Shown: one piece after another, positions 1 to 11,277 of the stretch
Position numbering within the stretch: the first letter of the stretch is position 1
Layout of the letters: each line of letters begins with the position of its first letter
NCBI GenBank assembly: GCA_964202135.1
Contig: CAXNHR010000001.1
Location: 2,795-66,794 of the forward strand
Origin: Luteolibacter sp.
GTDB taxonomy: Bacteria > Verrucomicrobiota > Verrucomicrobiia > Verrucomicrobiales > Akkermansiaceae
Direction of reading: 5' to 3'
Length of the DNA stretch: 64,000 nt
Position numbers and translations under genes: made by a program
Notes under the pieces: generated by a model
Seen by the model: only the letters and a program-made list of their open reading frames with translations
What the model was told of the DNA's origin: nothing
Databases searched by the model: none

Positions 1-4
1 GGAA

Positions 5-970
<966 letters not shown>

Positions 971-975
971 CTATC

Positions 976-1599
976 ATGTTTCAGACGATCCATCACCCGC
1001 TGATTGCCGACGAGCTGGCCCGGCTGCGGGACCCGGCCTGCCCGTCGCCGGAATTCCGCCAGCGCGTGCGGCGCATCGCCTCGCTGATGGTGCCCGCTGT
1101 GACACTGGACTTGGAAACGCACGTCGTTTCGTGCGATACGCCGCTGGAAATCACCTCGGGCGAGAAACTCGCGCGCGGCATCATCCTGGTGCCCGTGTTG
1201 CGTGCCGGCTTGGCGTTTCTCGATGGCTTTCTCGATCTGATTCCGCAGGCCTCGGTGGCGCACATCGGGCTGGCACGCAACGAGGAAACGCTGTTGCCGG
1301 AGTCCTATTACATGAAACATCCGCCGGTCTTGGGTGAGCATGACATCATCATTCTCGATCCCATGCTGGCCACCGGCGGCTCGGCCATCGCAGCCGTGCG
1401 CAAACTCCGCGAGGCCGGAGCGCGCTCGCTGCGCTTCGCCTGCATGGTCGCCGCGCCGGAAGGCGTGGCCGCGCTCAGCGACGCGTTTCCCGATCTGCCG
1501 ATCTTCGCCGCCGCGCTCGACCGCTGCCTCAACGAGCGCGGCTACATCCTCCCCGGCCTCGGCGATGCCGGAGACCGGATGTTCGGCACGGGGATTTGA
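976..1599 (+). CDS. upp: Uracil phosphoribosyltransferase
   Basis: VPVLRAG, ILDPMLATGGS, GYILPGLGDAGDR; ATG at 976 in frame with ORF 853..1599. Confidence 0.95.
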   Translation: MFQTIHHPLIADELARLRDPACPSPEFRQRVRRIASLMVPAVTLDLETHVVSCDTPLEITSGEKLARGIILVPVLRAGLAFLDGFLDLIPQASVAHIGLARNEETLLPESYYMKHPPVLGEHDIIILDPMLATGGSAIAAVRKLREAGARSLRFACMVAAPEGVAALSDAFPDLPIFAAALDRCLNERGYILPGLGDAGDRMFGTGI

Positions 1600-1656
1600 T
1601 TCCGCTTTATCCGGGCTCGCCATCTGCGCCCGGCCACGCCAAACTCCGCGAGCCGG

Positions 1657-4221
1657 ATGAATTTCAGGTCGATTTTACCGCTGTTGCTGTTCGCCATGCC
1701 GTCCGCCCTCAGCGGGCAGGCCGCAGAGGATGCACGGATGCGTCTTGGCGAGGAAGCGCTCGCCGCCGGGCTGTGGGAAATGGCCGCCGTGCACTTCGAT
1801 TCCATCCTCGGCGACCAGTCACTCATGCCACAGGACAAAGCCCGCGTGGCAGTCCGCCTCGCGGAATCATGGATCCGTGATGGCAAGCCCGCGCAGGCGC
1901 TCGCCTTGCTCGATGAGTCGTTTGCTTCCTCCCACCCGGAAGCGCCGTTTTGGAAAGGCCAGGCCATGGCAGCGCAAGGCCGATTCGCGGATGCGATCGA
2001 GCTGCTGAGTCCCCTGAGCCAGATGCCCGATGCCCCGTTCCAGAGCGAGACCGCATTCACCGTCAAGAACCTCCAACTCGCACTCGGCAAACCGAAGGCC
2101 GCCTTGGAAACCCTCGATGCCCTCGCCCGGAAATCCGACGCCCCCCTCGCCGCCAAGGCGCGGCTTCATCAAGTGGAAATCCTGCTCGATCAGCGCCGCC
2201 ACGCCGAGGCACGCGCACTCATGCCCGCCACCGATGCCATCACTGCCGGCGACCGGTCCTTCGCCACATTTCTCGAAGCCCATCTCCTGCTTGCCGAAGC
2301 CAAACCGGACGAAGCCGCCGCCATTTTCCAGTCACTCCTCGACCAGCCACTCGGCCAATCGCTCGGTCGCCTGCATCGCGCCGCAGTGGGACTCGCCGAC
2401 ACCTTTCTCGCCCGTGACAACCCCGAAGCCGCCGCCGCTTTCCTGCTCTCATTCATTCAGGAAAACCCGGATTCACCTGAGTTGAACGCTCTTTTCCAAC
2501 GCCTGCGCCGCGCCATGCCCGGGACGCCCTCCGCTGCGGATCCCATTCTGGAAAAACTCAGCGAATGGATCACACCACCGGAACTTCCGGCCACCGGCTT
2601 GATCGCCACAGCCGGTTCCTTCGCCGCCGCCGCCTGGCCCACCACCGTCCCCACTCAGGAACTCCCCGCCCAAGCGCTCTTCAGCCGAGCCCACGGTCTC
2701 CAGCGCAGCGCCACTCCCGAAGCCGCCGCCGAGGCCCGGCGCTTGCTCAACCGCCTGCGTTTCGATTACCCGCAACACCCGCTGGCCGGCCTTGCCTTGC
2801 TGGAAAGCGCCCGCAAGGCTCTCGACGATGGTTCTGACCAGACCGCCTTCGACCTGCTCACCACGCTTCGCGAAACCACCAACTCCCCCACCCTGCGTGG
2901 CCAGGCGGCCATTCTCGAAGCCAAGAGAGCCTTTGCCCGTGGAGACAAATCCAAGGCTGCCGCTCTCTTCGACGAAGCCGCCGACTCGCTCGCCGCCAGC
3001 GAGGCACGGGCCGCCCGCTTCAACTCCGCCATCCTGCGCCTTGGCGATGATCCGGGAACCAGCACTCCCATACTCGAGTCGGACTCCCTCAAAGATCCCT
3101 CACTCGCTGCCGACCTCCGACTTGAACGCACACTTTCCTTGCCGGACCCAGTTGAAAAACGCGCGGCCATCGAGGAATTCCTGCTCCAATACCCCGACCA
3201 CCCGCGGATTCCGGAGGCCCGTCTCGCTGCGGCAGAATCCGCCATCGCCACCACCCCGCCGGATCTTTCCTTCGCCCGCGCCCAACTCGACACCCTCGCC
3301 GCAGAACCGGAAAAATCCGCCACCCTCGATCCCGCACGCCTCGCGCTCACCCGCCTCCGCATCACAGATCTGTCCAAGGACAGCCCGTCCGCCATCGCCG
3401 CCGCACGCCAGATCCTCGAACAATTCGCCGACCAACCCGCCGCCGCCGAGGCCGCCCTCGTGCTCGGCCGCAACCTCTTCGAATCCAGCAGCTACAACGA
3501 CGCCCGCATGGTTCTCGAAAAACTCGCCGCCACCGATGCCGATCCCGCCCGCGCCGAGGCCGCATGGCTGCTCGCCGCACGCTCCGCCGCCCTGATCCCC
3601 GCAGCCCAGTCCCAACAGGAGGCACTCGCCTTGTTTGACAAGGTCATCACCCTCAAGCGCCCGCTGGCTCCCATCGCCATGATGGAAAAAGCCCGGCTCA
3701 TGATCGACATGAACCGCCTTGCCGAAGCCATCGACTTCCTCCGCCAGTGGTTCGATTCGCTTGAAAATTCCGATCCTCTCCGCCTGCCTGCCGGACTTCT
3801 GTTAGGCGAGGCGATCTACGCCCAGGGCGGCACCAATCCCGCATCCCTCACCGAGGCCCTCGCCGTCTATGACCGCCTGCTGGCCGCAGCACCCGCCACC
3901 CCCGGCGTGATCCACCGCCTGCAATACCTGCGCGGCCGCACCCTCGAACAAATCCCCGACGACCAGGACCCGACCCGCAAACGCGAAAAGGAGGCATTCA
4001 CCGCCTATTACTCGGTGCTTGAAACCACCACCCCGCCGGCCGAGTGGCATTATTTCGAACTTTGCGGCTTCCGCGCCCTCGCGCTGCTGGAAAAAGCCGG
4101 CCGCTGGCCCGCCGCGATCGCCTGTGCCAAGAAAATCGCCTCCTTCAATGGGCCCCGCGCCGAAGAAGCCGCCAGCCGCGCCAGCCAACTCCAACTCAAA
4201 CACATGATCTGGGAAGACTGA
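1657..4221 (+). CDS. Secreted tetratricopeptide-repeat-like protein
   Basis: Signal peptide, then Ala/Leu-rich helical repeats over 854 aa. Confidence 0.7.
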   Translation: MNFRSILPLLLFAMPSALSGQAAEDARMRLGEEALAAGLWEMAAVHFDSILGDQSLMPQDKARVAVRLAESWIRDGKPAQALALLDESFASSHPEAPFWKGQAMAAQGRFADAIELLSPLSQMPDAPFQSETAFTVKNLQLALGKPKAALETLDALARKSDAPLAAKARLHQVEILLDQRRHAEARALMPATDAITAGDRSFATFLEAHLLLAEAKPDEAAAIFQSLLDQPLGQSLGRLHRAAVGLADTFLARDNPEAAAAFLLSFIQENPDSPELNALFQRLRRAMPGTPSAADPILEKLSEWITPPELPATGLIATAGSFAAAAWPTTVPTQELPAQALFSRAHGLQRSATPEAAAEARRLLNRLRFDYPQHPLAGLALLESARKALDDGSDQTAFDLLTTLRETTNSPTLRGQAAILEAKRAFARGDKSKAAALFDEAADSLAASEARAARFNSAILRLGDDPGTSTPILESDSLKDPSLAADLRLERTLSLPDPVEKRAAIEEFLLQYPDHPRIPEARLAAAESAIATTPPDLSFARAQLDTLAAEPEKSATLDPARLALTRLRITDLSKDSPSAIAAARQILEQFADQPAAAEAALVLGRNLFESSSYNDARMVLEKLAATDADPARAEAAWLLAARSAALIPAAQSQQEALALFDKVITLKRPLAPIAMMEKARLMIDMNRLAEAIDFLRQWFDSLENSDPLRLPAGLLLGEAIYAQGGTNPASLTEALAVYDRLLAAAPATPGVIHRLQYLRGRTLEQIPDDQDPTRKREKEAFTAYYSVLETTTPPAEWHYFELCGFRALALLEKAGRWPAAIACAKKIASFNGPRAEEAASRASQLQLKHMIWED

Positions 4222-4224
4222 ATA

Positions 4225-4317
4225 AAGACACAAGACTTCAAGACACAAGACGCAAGAAAAGAAGACGTATCTCTTACCAATCTCAAATCTCAAACTCAAA
4301 TCTCAAATCTCAAACTC
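4225..4317 (+). repeat. Composite heptamer tandem array: (CAAGACN)n followed by (AATCTCA)n ending at the dapB ATG
   Basis: aagacacaagacttcaagacacaagacgcaaga ... aatctcaaatctcaaactcaaatctcaaatctcaaactc-ATG. Confidence 0.9.
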
Positions 4318-5055
4318 ATGCCAAAGCTACTCATCACAGGAAAATCCGGCCGCATGGGCCAGGCCTTGCTGCAGGCCGCCGCCGCGGAACCGAATGTCAC
4401 CGTAGCCGCCACCCACGATGTGGGCGAGGATCTCGATGCCGCCGTCGCGCAGACATCCTGCATCATTGATTTCACCGTCCATTCGTTCACCGCGCAGGTG
4501 ATCGAGTCCGCACTCAAGCACCAGACCCGCCTGGTCATCGGCACCACCGGCCACACCGATGCCGAGCGCGCCCTGATCCACGAAGCCGCCAAAACGCTGC
4601 CCGTTGTTTATGCCTCGAACTACTCGGTCGGCGTGAACACCCTCTTCTGGCTCACCCGCCACGCCGCGCGCATCCTCAAACAAGAACGCTTCGACATCGA
4701 GGTCACCGAGATGCACCACCGCCACAAGATCGACGCCCCCTCCGGCACCGCCCGCACCTTGTTGGAGATTCTCAACCAGGAAACCGGCACATCTTACCAA
4801 GCCGACGTCGCCCACGGCCGTGTCGGCAACATCGGCCCGCGCAAGCCGCGCGAGATCGGCATGCACACGCTGCGCGGCGGCGATGTCGTGGGCGACCACA
4901 CCGTGATCTTCGCCGCCGATGGCGAGCGGGTCGAACTCACCCACAGAGCCTCGTCCCGCCTCACCTTCGCCGCCGGAGCCGTTCATGCCGCCGTCTGGCT
5001 CCAGGACAAACCCGCGGGCCTCTATGACATGCAGGACGTGCTGGGGCTCAGGTGA
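4318..5055 (+). CDS. dapB: 4-hydroxy-tetrahydrodipicolinate reductase
   Basis: GKSGRMG, VIGTTG, EMHHRHKIDAPSGTA, GDHTVIF. Confidence 0.96.
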   Translation: MPKLLITGKSGRMGQALLQAAAAEPNVTVAATHDVGEDLDAAVAQTSCIIDFTVHSFTAQVIESALKHQTRLVIGTTGHTDAERALIHEAAKTLPVVYASNYSVGVNTLFWLTRHAARILKQERFDIEVTEMHHRHKIDAPSGTARTLLEILNQETGTSYQADVAHGRVGNIGPRKPREIGMHTLRGGDVVGDHTVIFAADGERVELTHRASSRLTFAAGAVHAAVWLQDKPAGLYDMQDVLGLR

Positions 5056-5096
5056 AAATTGCAGATTGTAGATTGAAGATTGTAGATTTTTGATTT
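5056..5096 (+). repeat. Heptamer tandem array (AGATTGN)n directly after the dapB stop
   Basis: aaattgcagattgtagattgaagattgtagatttttgattt. Confidence 0.8.
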
Positions 5097-5114
5097 CCCT
5101 CCACTTTTCCCGCC

Positions 5115-6659
5115 ATGCGCCCGCTTTTCATCCTGCCACTGATCCTCGCACTTGCATCCTGCCAGCCGCCGGAAGAGCAATCGACAAAACCCATAACCAC
5201 GGATGCCGCAGAAAGCGCCGCTCCAGTCGAAGAAGCCCCGCCCGCCGAGTGGGATGTGAAATCCTCCTTGGTCCGCATCAACTCCACCCAGCAGACATGG
5301 AACCTCTGGCAACCATGGGAAAAGAACGCTCCCGCCCGCCGCCGCGCGCTGGCCGCCATCGTCGGCCCGCAACTCGTCGTCACCACCGCCGAATTGGTGG
5401 CGGATGCCACTTATCTGGAGTTTGAATCCGCCGATGGCAGCCGCTTCACGCCGGCACGGGTGATCGCCGCGGACTATGAGGCAAACCTCGCACTGCTCGG
5501 CCCCGCATCCGAGGAAAAGGGTGCCGCCTTCTTCGAGGGCACCGTGCCTTTCGAAATCACCAGCCCGCCCAAGATCGGTGCTTCGCTGGACGTCCTGCAA
5601 CTCGAGGACAACGGACTGCCGATCTTCACCAGCGGCACGCTGCAAAGCGTCGGCATTTCACCGAACCTCATGCCTGGCCAGAGCTTCCTGACCTATCTGG
5701 TCAAGGCCTCGATGCAGAGCGCCTCCAGCAGTTACACCCTGCCGGTCCTGCTTGATCGGAAACTCGCCGGCGTTCTGATCAGTTATAACTCCAAGGACCA
5801 GCTCTGCGATGTCATTTCCACCGACATCCTCGCGCGTTTCATCAATGAGTCCAGCCAGGGATCCTATGGTGGCTTTCCCAGCCTCGGTGTCTCCATCGCA
5901 CGCACCGAGGACAACTCGTTGCGCCAGTGGCTGAAACTCAGCGACGACCAGGGCGGCATCTACATCCGCAGCATCCGCAAGGGCGGCGCGGCGGATCGCG
6001 CCGGACTCCGCAAGGGCGACGTGGTGCTCGCCGTGGACGGCCAGCCAATCGACCGCCGCGGCTACTATCAACATCCGAACTACGGCAGCGTCTCGTGGGG
6101 CCACCTCATCCGCGGCGAGAAAGCCAGCGGTGATACCGTCACCCTCTCGCTGCTGCGCGGCGGCGAACCGCTTGAGCTGACGGCCACCGTGGAGAGTGAG
6201 GATGAAAACGCCCGCCTCGTGCCCACCAATCTCTACAACCGGGCACCCAACTACCTCGTCAAGGGCGGCCTTGTCTTCCAGGAACTCTCACTGCCACTGC
6301 TCGAAAGCTTTGGCGAAGACTGGCGCACCCACGCGCCCCTCAACCTGATGGACACCTACGAAAACCCGGAAAACTACCAGGAATCCATGGACCGTGTGGT
6401 CTTCCTAAGCGGTGCCATACCCACCCCGGCCACCGTCGGCTACGAGCGCCTGCGGAACCTCATCGTCCGCAAGGTCAACGGCCGCGACATCCGCGACATG
6501 AAATCCCTCATCCAGGCCTTCGAGGAACTCGACGGCGATCTCCACACCATCGAGTTCGCCGATGACAACCTCACCATCCACCTGGACGAACTGCTATCCA
6601 CCAACGTGGACTCCCAACTCCTCCAACGTGGCATCACCCGCCTGTCCCGCGCGGATTGA
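5115..6659 (+). CDS. PDZ-containing trypsin-like (Deg/HtrA-type) lipoprotein, probably catalytically inactive
   Basis: Lipobox LASC; aligns by eye with 11278..12729 but has TTAELV for TNAHVV and no GNSGG. Confidence 0.75.
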   Translation: MRPLFILPLILALASCQPPEEQSTKPITTDAAESAAPVEEAPPAEWDVKSSLVRINSTQQTWNLWQPWEKNAPARRRALAAIVGPQLVVTTAELVADATYLEFESADGSRFTPARVIAADYEANLALLGPASEEKGAAFFEGTVPFEITSPPKIGASLDVLQLEDNGLPIFTSGTLQSVGISPNLMPGQSFLTYLVKASMQSASSSYTLPVLLDRKLAGVLISYNSKDQLCDVISTDILARFINESSQGSYGGFPSLGVSIARTEDNSLRQWLKLSDDQGGIYIRSIRKGGAADRAGLRKGDVVLAVDGQPIDRRGYYQHPNYGSVSWGHLIRGEKASGDTVTLSLLRGGEPLELTATVESEDENARLVPTNLYNRAPNYLVKGGLVFQELSLPLLESFGEDWRTHAPLNLMDTYENPENYQESMDRVVFLSGAIPTPATVGYERLRNLIVRKVNGRDIRDMKSLIQAFEELDGDLHTIEFADDNLTIHLDELLSTNVDSQLLQRGITRLSRAD

Positions 6660-6685
6660 TCCGCCGCCACCTTCCAACTCGATCC

Positions 6686-7237
6686 ATGCCTGTGATACTC
6701 AATGCCGCCACACCGGCGGAAATCAAGGCGCAGGGGCGAGGCATGGCAATCACCACCGGCATTGCGCGCAGTCCCTTCGGATACTGCCTCATCGCCGAAT
6801 CGCCCCGCGGCATCTGCCATCTTTCGTTTTTCGATCCGGGCGGAAAAACCAAGGCCATTGAAGAACTTCGCGCCGCCTGGCCCAACGCGGAGATCACTTG
6901 GGATCATGAACACGCGGCAAAGCTGATAGATGGTATCTTCCCGCCGGCCTCATCATCCACGCCGCCACTGAAAGTCTTCGTGCGCGGCACGGCCTTTCAA
7001 CTGCGCGTCTGGCGCTCACTGCTCCAGGTGCCGCGCGGCGCTTGCGTGAGTTATGCCATGCTCGCCGCCGCCGCGGGCAACCCGCGGGCCTGCCGCGCCA
7101 CCGGCTCCGCCGTGGGTGCCAATCCGGTCGCATTCCTGATCCCCTGCCACCGCGTGATCCGCAGCGACGGCACCACCGGCCAATACCGCTGGGGAACTGT
7201 TAGAAAAAGCGCCATGCTCGCATGGGAGAAATCATGA
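6686..7237 (+). CDS. ogt: Methylated-DNA--protein-cysteine methyltransferase (Ogt / Ada C-terminal domain)
   Basis: GTAFQLRVW and active-site IPCHRV. Confidence 0.88.
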   Translation: MPVILNAATPAEIKAQGRGMAITTGIARSPFGYCLIAESPRGICHLSFFDPGGKTKAIEELRAAWPNAEITWDHEHAAKLIDGIFPPASSSTPPLKVFVRGTAFQLRVWRSLLQVPRGACVSYAMLAAAAGNPRACRATGSAVGANPVAFLIPCHRVIRSDGTTGQYRWGTVRKSAMLAWEKS

Positions 7238-7473
7238 CGCGACTTCGCTTTGAGGTTTGTCGGTTGCGCACGGGTAATGGGAAAGCCCAACTGTTACGCC
7301 TGCCATGCCTGCAGCCTTCAGAAAGCGGGGCGGGAGGAGGTCGATTCCTTCGGCCGGTTCATGGCAGCCGCGCTGTCACCAGTGCGCCTGCGCGGGGTGT
7401 CGAATCCCGGGACCGGATTTGATTCTTTTGAATCGAATCGACATCGCGCCACAGCTGCGGCGAAGTTTCCGCC

Positions 7474-8625
7474 GTGCCGAGTGTCCAAATCAAAACCATC
7501 AGTTTCCACCCGTCGATCTGGCCCAAGATGATCGGCGAGGTTTCTCGCGACGCCCGCCCGGGCGATCTTGTGGAAGTGCTCGGCAAGGAAGGCACCACCT
7601 TCGGCTGGGGCTTGTGGAATCCGAAATCGCGCATGCCGCTGCGCATCGTCAGCCACTCGCTTGAGGAAATCGACGAGTCGTTCTTTGAAAACGCGATCCG
7701 CCGCGCGGCGAATCTGCGCCGCGGGATTCTCAAACTCGATGCCGGCACCGACAGCTACCGCGCCATTCACGGCGACGCGGACTTTCTGCCCGGCATGGTG
7801 GCGGACAAGTTCGCCGACGTGCTCTCCGTGGAAATCACCAACCTCGCCGCATGGCAGCGACTGCCGCGCTGGCTGCCGCTGCTCCATGAGTGTTTCGGCA
7901 CAAAACGCGTCGTGGTTTCAGTGGATCAGGAACTGGCACGGATCGAAGGCATCCCGCGCACTGGTGGCGTGGAATCGGATCCGGTGAGATCGGTGAAAAT
8001 CCGCGAGCACGGCGTCCGCTATGAAGTGAGCTTCACCGATGGCCACAAGACCGGTTTCTTCTGCGACCAGCGCGACAACCGCCGAAACTTCGGCAAGCTC
8101 GCCGAGGGCCGCACGGTGCTCGACCTTTGCTGCTACACCGGCGGCTTCGCCATTTCCGCAGCACTTGGCGGCGCGGAGGACGTCATCGGCGTGGACCTCG
8201 ATGAAACCGCCGTCGCGATGGCCAAGCGCAACGCCAACATCAACTCCACCAAGATCCGTTTCACGCACGCCGATGCCTTCACTTGGGCGCGCACCATGAT
8301 CGAGAACGGCCGCACCTGGGATCTGGTCATTGCGGACCCGCCGAAGTTCATCCACGGCCGCGAGGATGAGACCGGCCAGGGGAAATACGCCGACCTCAAC
8401 AAGCTCGCGCTGCAACTCGTGGCACCGGAGGGACTTTTCGTCACCTGCTCGTGCTCCGGCATGCTCGGCGCGGGCGACTTCGAGCGCATCGTCACCACCT
8501 CCGCGCACCGCCAGCACAAGCGCATGCAGATCTTTGACCGCAGCGGTGCCGGACCGGATCACCCGACGCTCTCGAATTACCCGGAATCCCGCTACCTCAA
8601 GGTGCTCTGGTCGCGCGTGATTTGA
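7474..8625 (+). CDS. rlmI: RlmI-like class I SAM-dependent rRNA methyltransferase
   Basis: PUA-like N-terminus, GHKTGFFCDQR, VLDLCCYTGGF, DPPKF, CSCS, YLK. Confidence 0.8.
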   Translation: MPSVQIKTISFHPSIWPKMIGEVSRDARPGDLVEVLGKEGTTFGWGLWNPKSRMPLRIVSHSLEEIDESFFENAIRRAANLRRGILKLDAGTDSYRAIHGDADFLPGMVADKFADVLSVEITNLAAWQRLPRWLPLLHECFGTKRVVVSVDQELARIEGIPRTGGVESDPVRSVKIREHGVRYEVSFTDGHKTGFFCDQRDNRRNFGKLAEGRTVLDLCCYTGGFAISAALGGAEDVIGVDLDETAVAMAKRNANINSTKIRFTHADAFTWARTMIENGRTWDLVIADPPKFIHGREDETGQGKYADLNKLALQLVAPEGLFVTCSCSGMLGAGDFERIVTTSAHRQHKRMQIFDRSGAGPDHPTLSNYPESRYLKVLWSRVI

Positions 8626-9182
8626 GCCGTGCCGACCAACAGAAACGGCGCCGGGCGCAAGGTGCCGAGCATCGCGTATTTCGCCACCCGCCAGCAGTCG
8701 GCGGTCCGCGCGGCCATCCATTCCTCCACGGCGCGCGCTTCTTCCGCACCGGCCTCGTGGCCGGGATAGCAGACGACGGACAAGACGCCGCCCGGTTTCA
8801 AAAGACGCGCGGCCGCATCCATCGCAGACAGGGTTTCCCCCACCAAGGTGGTCATGCCGTGATCCGCGCCGGGCAGGTAGCCGAGGTTGAAGATCACCGC
8901 CACCACCGATCCCGGCTGCGCGTGCTCTTCCATGTGGACATGGGATTTTTCGTAAAACTCCACCCGCTGCGTGAAGCCCGCGGATTCCACCCGCAGCGCC
9001 GCCGAGCGGATGGCTTCTTCCTGCACGTCAAAGGCGATCACCCGTCCGTGCGGTCCGACGCATTCCGCCAGGAAAACCGTGTCGTGGCCGTTTCCCGCAG
9101 TGGCATCGATGACCAGATCGCCATCGCGGATCGCCAGGCGCAGCAGCGACCATGCGAACTCGGTGGGACGGGGCGGCATCAT
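8592..9182 (-). CDS. SAM-dependent methyltransferase (YtqB/MnmM-like)
   Basis: IDATAGNGHDT, FDVQ, FNLGYLPG, YPGH. Confidence 0.85.
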   Translation of the reverse strand: MMPPRPTEFAWSLLRLAIRDGDLVIDATAGNGHDTVFLAECVGPHGRVIAFDVQEEAIRSAALRVESAGFTQRVEFYEKSHVHMEEHAQPGSVVAVIFNLGYLPGADHGMTTLVGETLSAMDAAARLLKPGGVLSVVCYPGHEAGAEEARAVEEWMAARTADCWRVAKYAMLGTLRPAPFLLVGTAQITRDQSTLR

Positions 9183-9201
9183 GGCGGAAGCCCTTGCCGC
9201 G

Positions 9202-9501
9202 TCACGCGAGATCCGAGACCCGCACCTTTGCCCACCAATCCTTGTGTGATTGAATGAAGGCGCTGTGAAGGGGATGGTCCTGATAAAGATTGTGATCCTC
9301 CAGCGTGGCGAACCGCATGGAGATCGCGTAATCCCATGACTGGTCCACCACCGGCCGGATCTCGACCTTGGCCGGCACGGCCCAGCGGCCGCCGGTTACC
9401 AACGGGACTTCAAACAAAGCCGTCAGCGCCTGCTCGAATACCGCGCGGTCCGACGGATTGTTTTTTTCTTCGGTGAGCCAGAAATATACGTGGTGGTCCA
9501 T
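9202..9501 (-). CDS. Dabb (stress-responsive A/B barrel) family protein
   Basis: HHVYFWL ... SWDY ... YQDHPLH. Confidence 0.85.
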   Translation of the reverse strand: MDHHVYFWLTEEKNNPSDRAVFEQALTALFEVPLVTGGRWAVPAKVEIRPVVDQSWDYAISMRFATLEDHNLYQDHPLHSAFIQSHKDWWAKVRVSDLA

Positions 9502-9560
9502 GCCGTATGGAATTATCCGTCACACCTTTTCCCCGCAAGCCCGTATTCCACCTCACCATC

Positions 9561-11216
9561 ATGACACGCACCCTTCTCCTCTTACTCGCCCTCATCAGCC
9601 CGCTCTCCGCCGCTGAAGACATCCGGTTGGCCGCCCAGGGCCGTTTGTTACTGCTGGTTCCGCAGGACGCGCCGCCGCTGGGTGGGATCCGGGTTTCCGC
9701 AGGCCACGCCATCCCCGCACAGTGGGAGAAGGATCAGGCCACACGCGAAAGGATAACGGAGGTGATGTTTCCCATCCGTTGGTGGCGGTGGGAGGAAATC
9801 CGCCTGCATTTCACTCCCGCGCATGATGGCACGGTGGATCTGCAACTCAACGGCCCATGGTCGCAGAAACAAGGCATGCCGGTTTCCCGCCAGGAAGTGC
9901 TGTGGGATGGGATCGATGCCGAGGGTGCGGTAATCCACAACGGCGGCTTCGAGAAAGCCACAGGCAATGATCCCGTCGGCTGGGACTCGCCAGTCGCACC
10001 GGCTGCCAACCGAGACGCGTGGCCGCTTGCCAATGTCAAAGCGTTGCAAGGAAATGGCATGGCCGCCACATGGTCGCAGCGACCGATCAGCCAGAAAATC
10101 GAAGTCAAGGCCGGCCGCGAAGTGCGCCTGCGTCTTCATGCACGGGCCGCGACCCTGCCGGGATTTGTGGAACAGAAACGCCTCGGCCCAGACACTCCTG
10201 CACACCGTGCGATGGCCCGCATCAAGCGCGGCGTCAGCCTTGGAAATTGCTGGGACATGGACCCCAAACAGCGGCCGGTGCAATACACACTTGAGGATAT
10301 CGATCACATCGCCGACGAAGGCTTCGACCACATCCGCATGCCGGTGGCATGGCATTTCCACCTGCGGCCGAAGGATGGCGGGCTTGAAATCGATCCGGCA
10401 TTTCTCGCGGAGCTCGAGCCGTTCATGAAACGGGCGCTCGAGCGCAAGCTCCACATCATGCTCGACTGGCACCATTTCCGCGATCTGACTGAAGATCCCG
10501 CCGCGCACAAGGACCGCTTCATCGCGGGTTGGGAATTGATCGCCCGGCATTTCCAGTCATGGCCGCCGGAGTTGTTTTTCGAACCGCTCAACGAGCCCTG
10601 CCACGCGCTGACCACCGAGCTGGCCAACCCGATCTATCAGGAAGTCATCGCCACCATCCGCAAGACCAACCCCGAGCGCATCCTGTTGATCAGTCCCGGG
10701 CATTGGGGAAATGTGAACGAACTCGACCAACTGCGGCTGCCGGATGACGACGAGCGTCTGGTGGGCACTTTCCACAGCTACGAGCCGTTTTATTTCACCC
10801 ATCAGGGCGCGAGTTGGTCCGGCCTTTCGGAACTCAAGGGCGTGCTCTATCCCGGCCCGCCGGAAACTCCGTTGGAGCTGCATGAATCCCTGCGTGATCA
10901 CCAGGGCGTGAGCCCTTTCATCGCCAACTACAACACGCAGCCGGCCGAGAGCAACCCGAGTTCGCCGCGCGGCATCAAGGCGGCGCTCGACACCGCCCGC
11001 GCATGGTCGGACCACTTTGGCAGGCCGTCGCATCTCGGCGAGTTCGGCACCCACGAGAGCGCGGACTTGGCCAGCCGCGAGCGATTCCTGCGGGACATGC
11101 GCACCTTCGCCGAAGAACGCGGCATCCCGTGGACGCTCTGGCAGTGGCGCTCGGCCATGGGATACTGGGACGCGGACAACAAGCGCCCGAAGTTTCGGGA
11201 CAGCTTGTTCGAGTGA
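9561..11216 (+). CDS. Secreted glycoside hydrolase family 5 with N-terminal carbohydrate-binding-like domain
   Basis: Signal peptide, NGGFE motif, GFDHIRMPV, acid/base NEP, nucleophile LGEFG. Confidence 0.88.
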   Translation: MTRTLLLLLALISPLSAAEDIRLAAQGRLLLLVPQDAPPLGGIRVSAGHAIPAQWEKDQATRERITEVMFPIRWWRWEEIRLHFTPAHDGTVDLQLNGPWSQKQGMPVSRQEVLWDGIDAEGAVIHNGGFEKATGNDPVGWDSPVAPAANRDAWPLANVKALQGNGMAATWSQRPISQKIEVKAGREVRLRLHARAATLPGFVEQKRLGPDTPAHRAMARIKRGVSLGNCWDMDPKQRPVQYTLEDIDHIADEGFDHIRMPVAWHFHLRPKDGGLEIDPAFLAELEPFMKRALERKLHIMLDWHHFRDLTEDPAAHKDRFIAGWELIARHFQSWPPELFFEPLNEPCHALTTELANPIYQEVIATIRKTNPERILLISPGHWGNVNELDQLRLPDDDERLVGTFHSYEPFYFTHQGASWSGLSELKGVLYPGPPETPLELHESLRDHQGVSPFIANYNTQPAESNPSSPRGIKAALDTARAWSDHFGRPSHLGEFGTHESADLASRERFLRDMRTFAEERGIPWTLWQWRSAMGYWDADNKRPKFRDSLFE

Positions 11217-11277
11217 GAGGTTTGGGGAAATTTCGTTTGCCGCACGGGCATGTCCCGGTAGTCTCCCGCCACATCCC

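Noticed and set aside
7250-7531. ORF with a CxxCH (CYACH) heme-binding motif
   Set aside because: No signal peptide, atypical codons, overlaps rlmI; at most a tiny remnant
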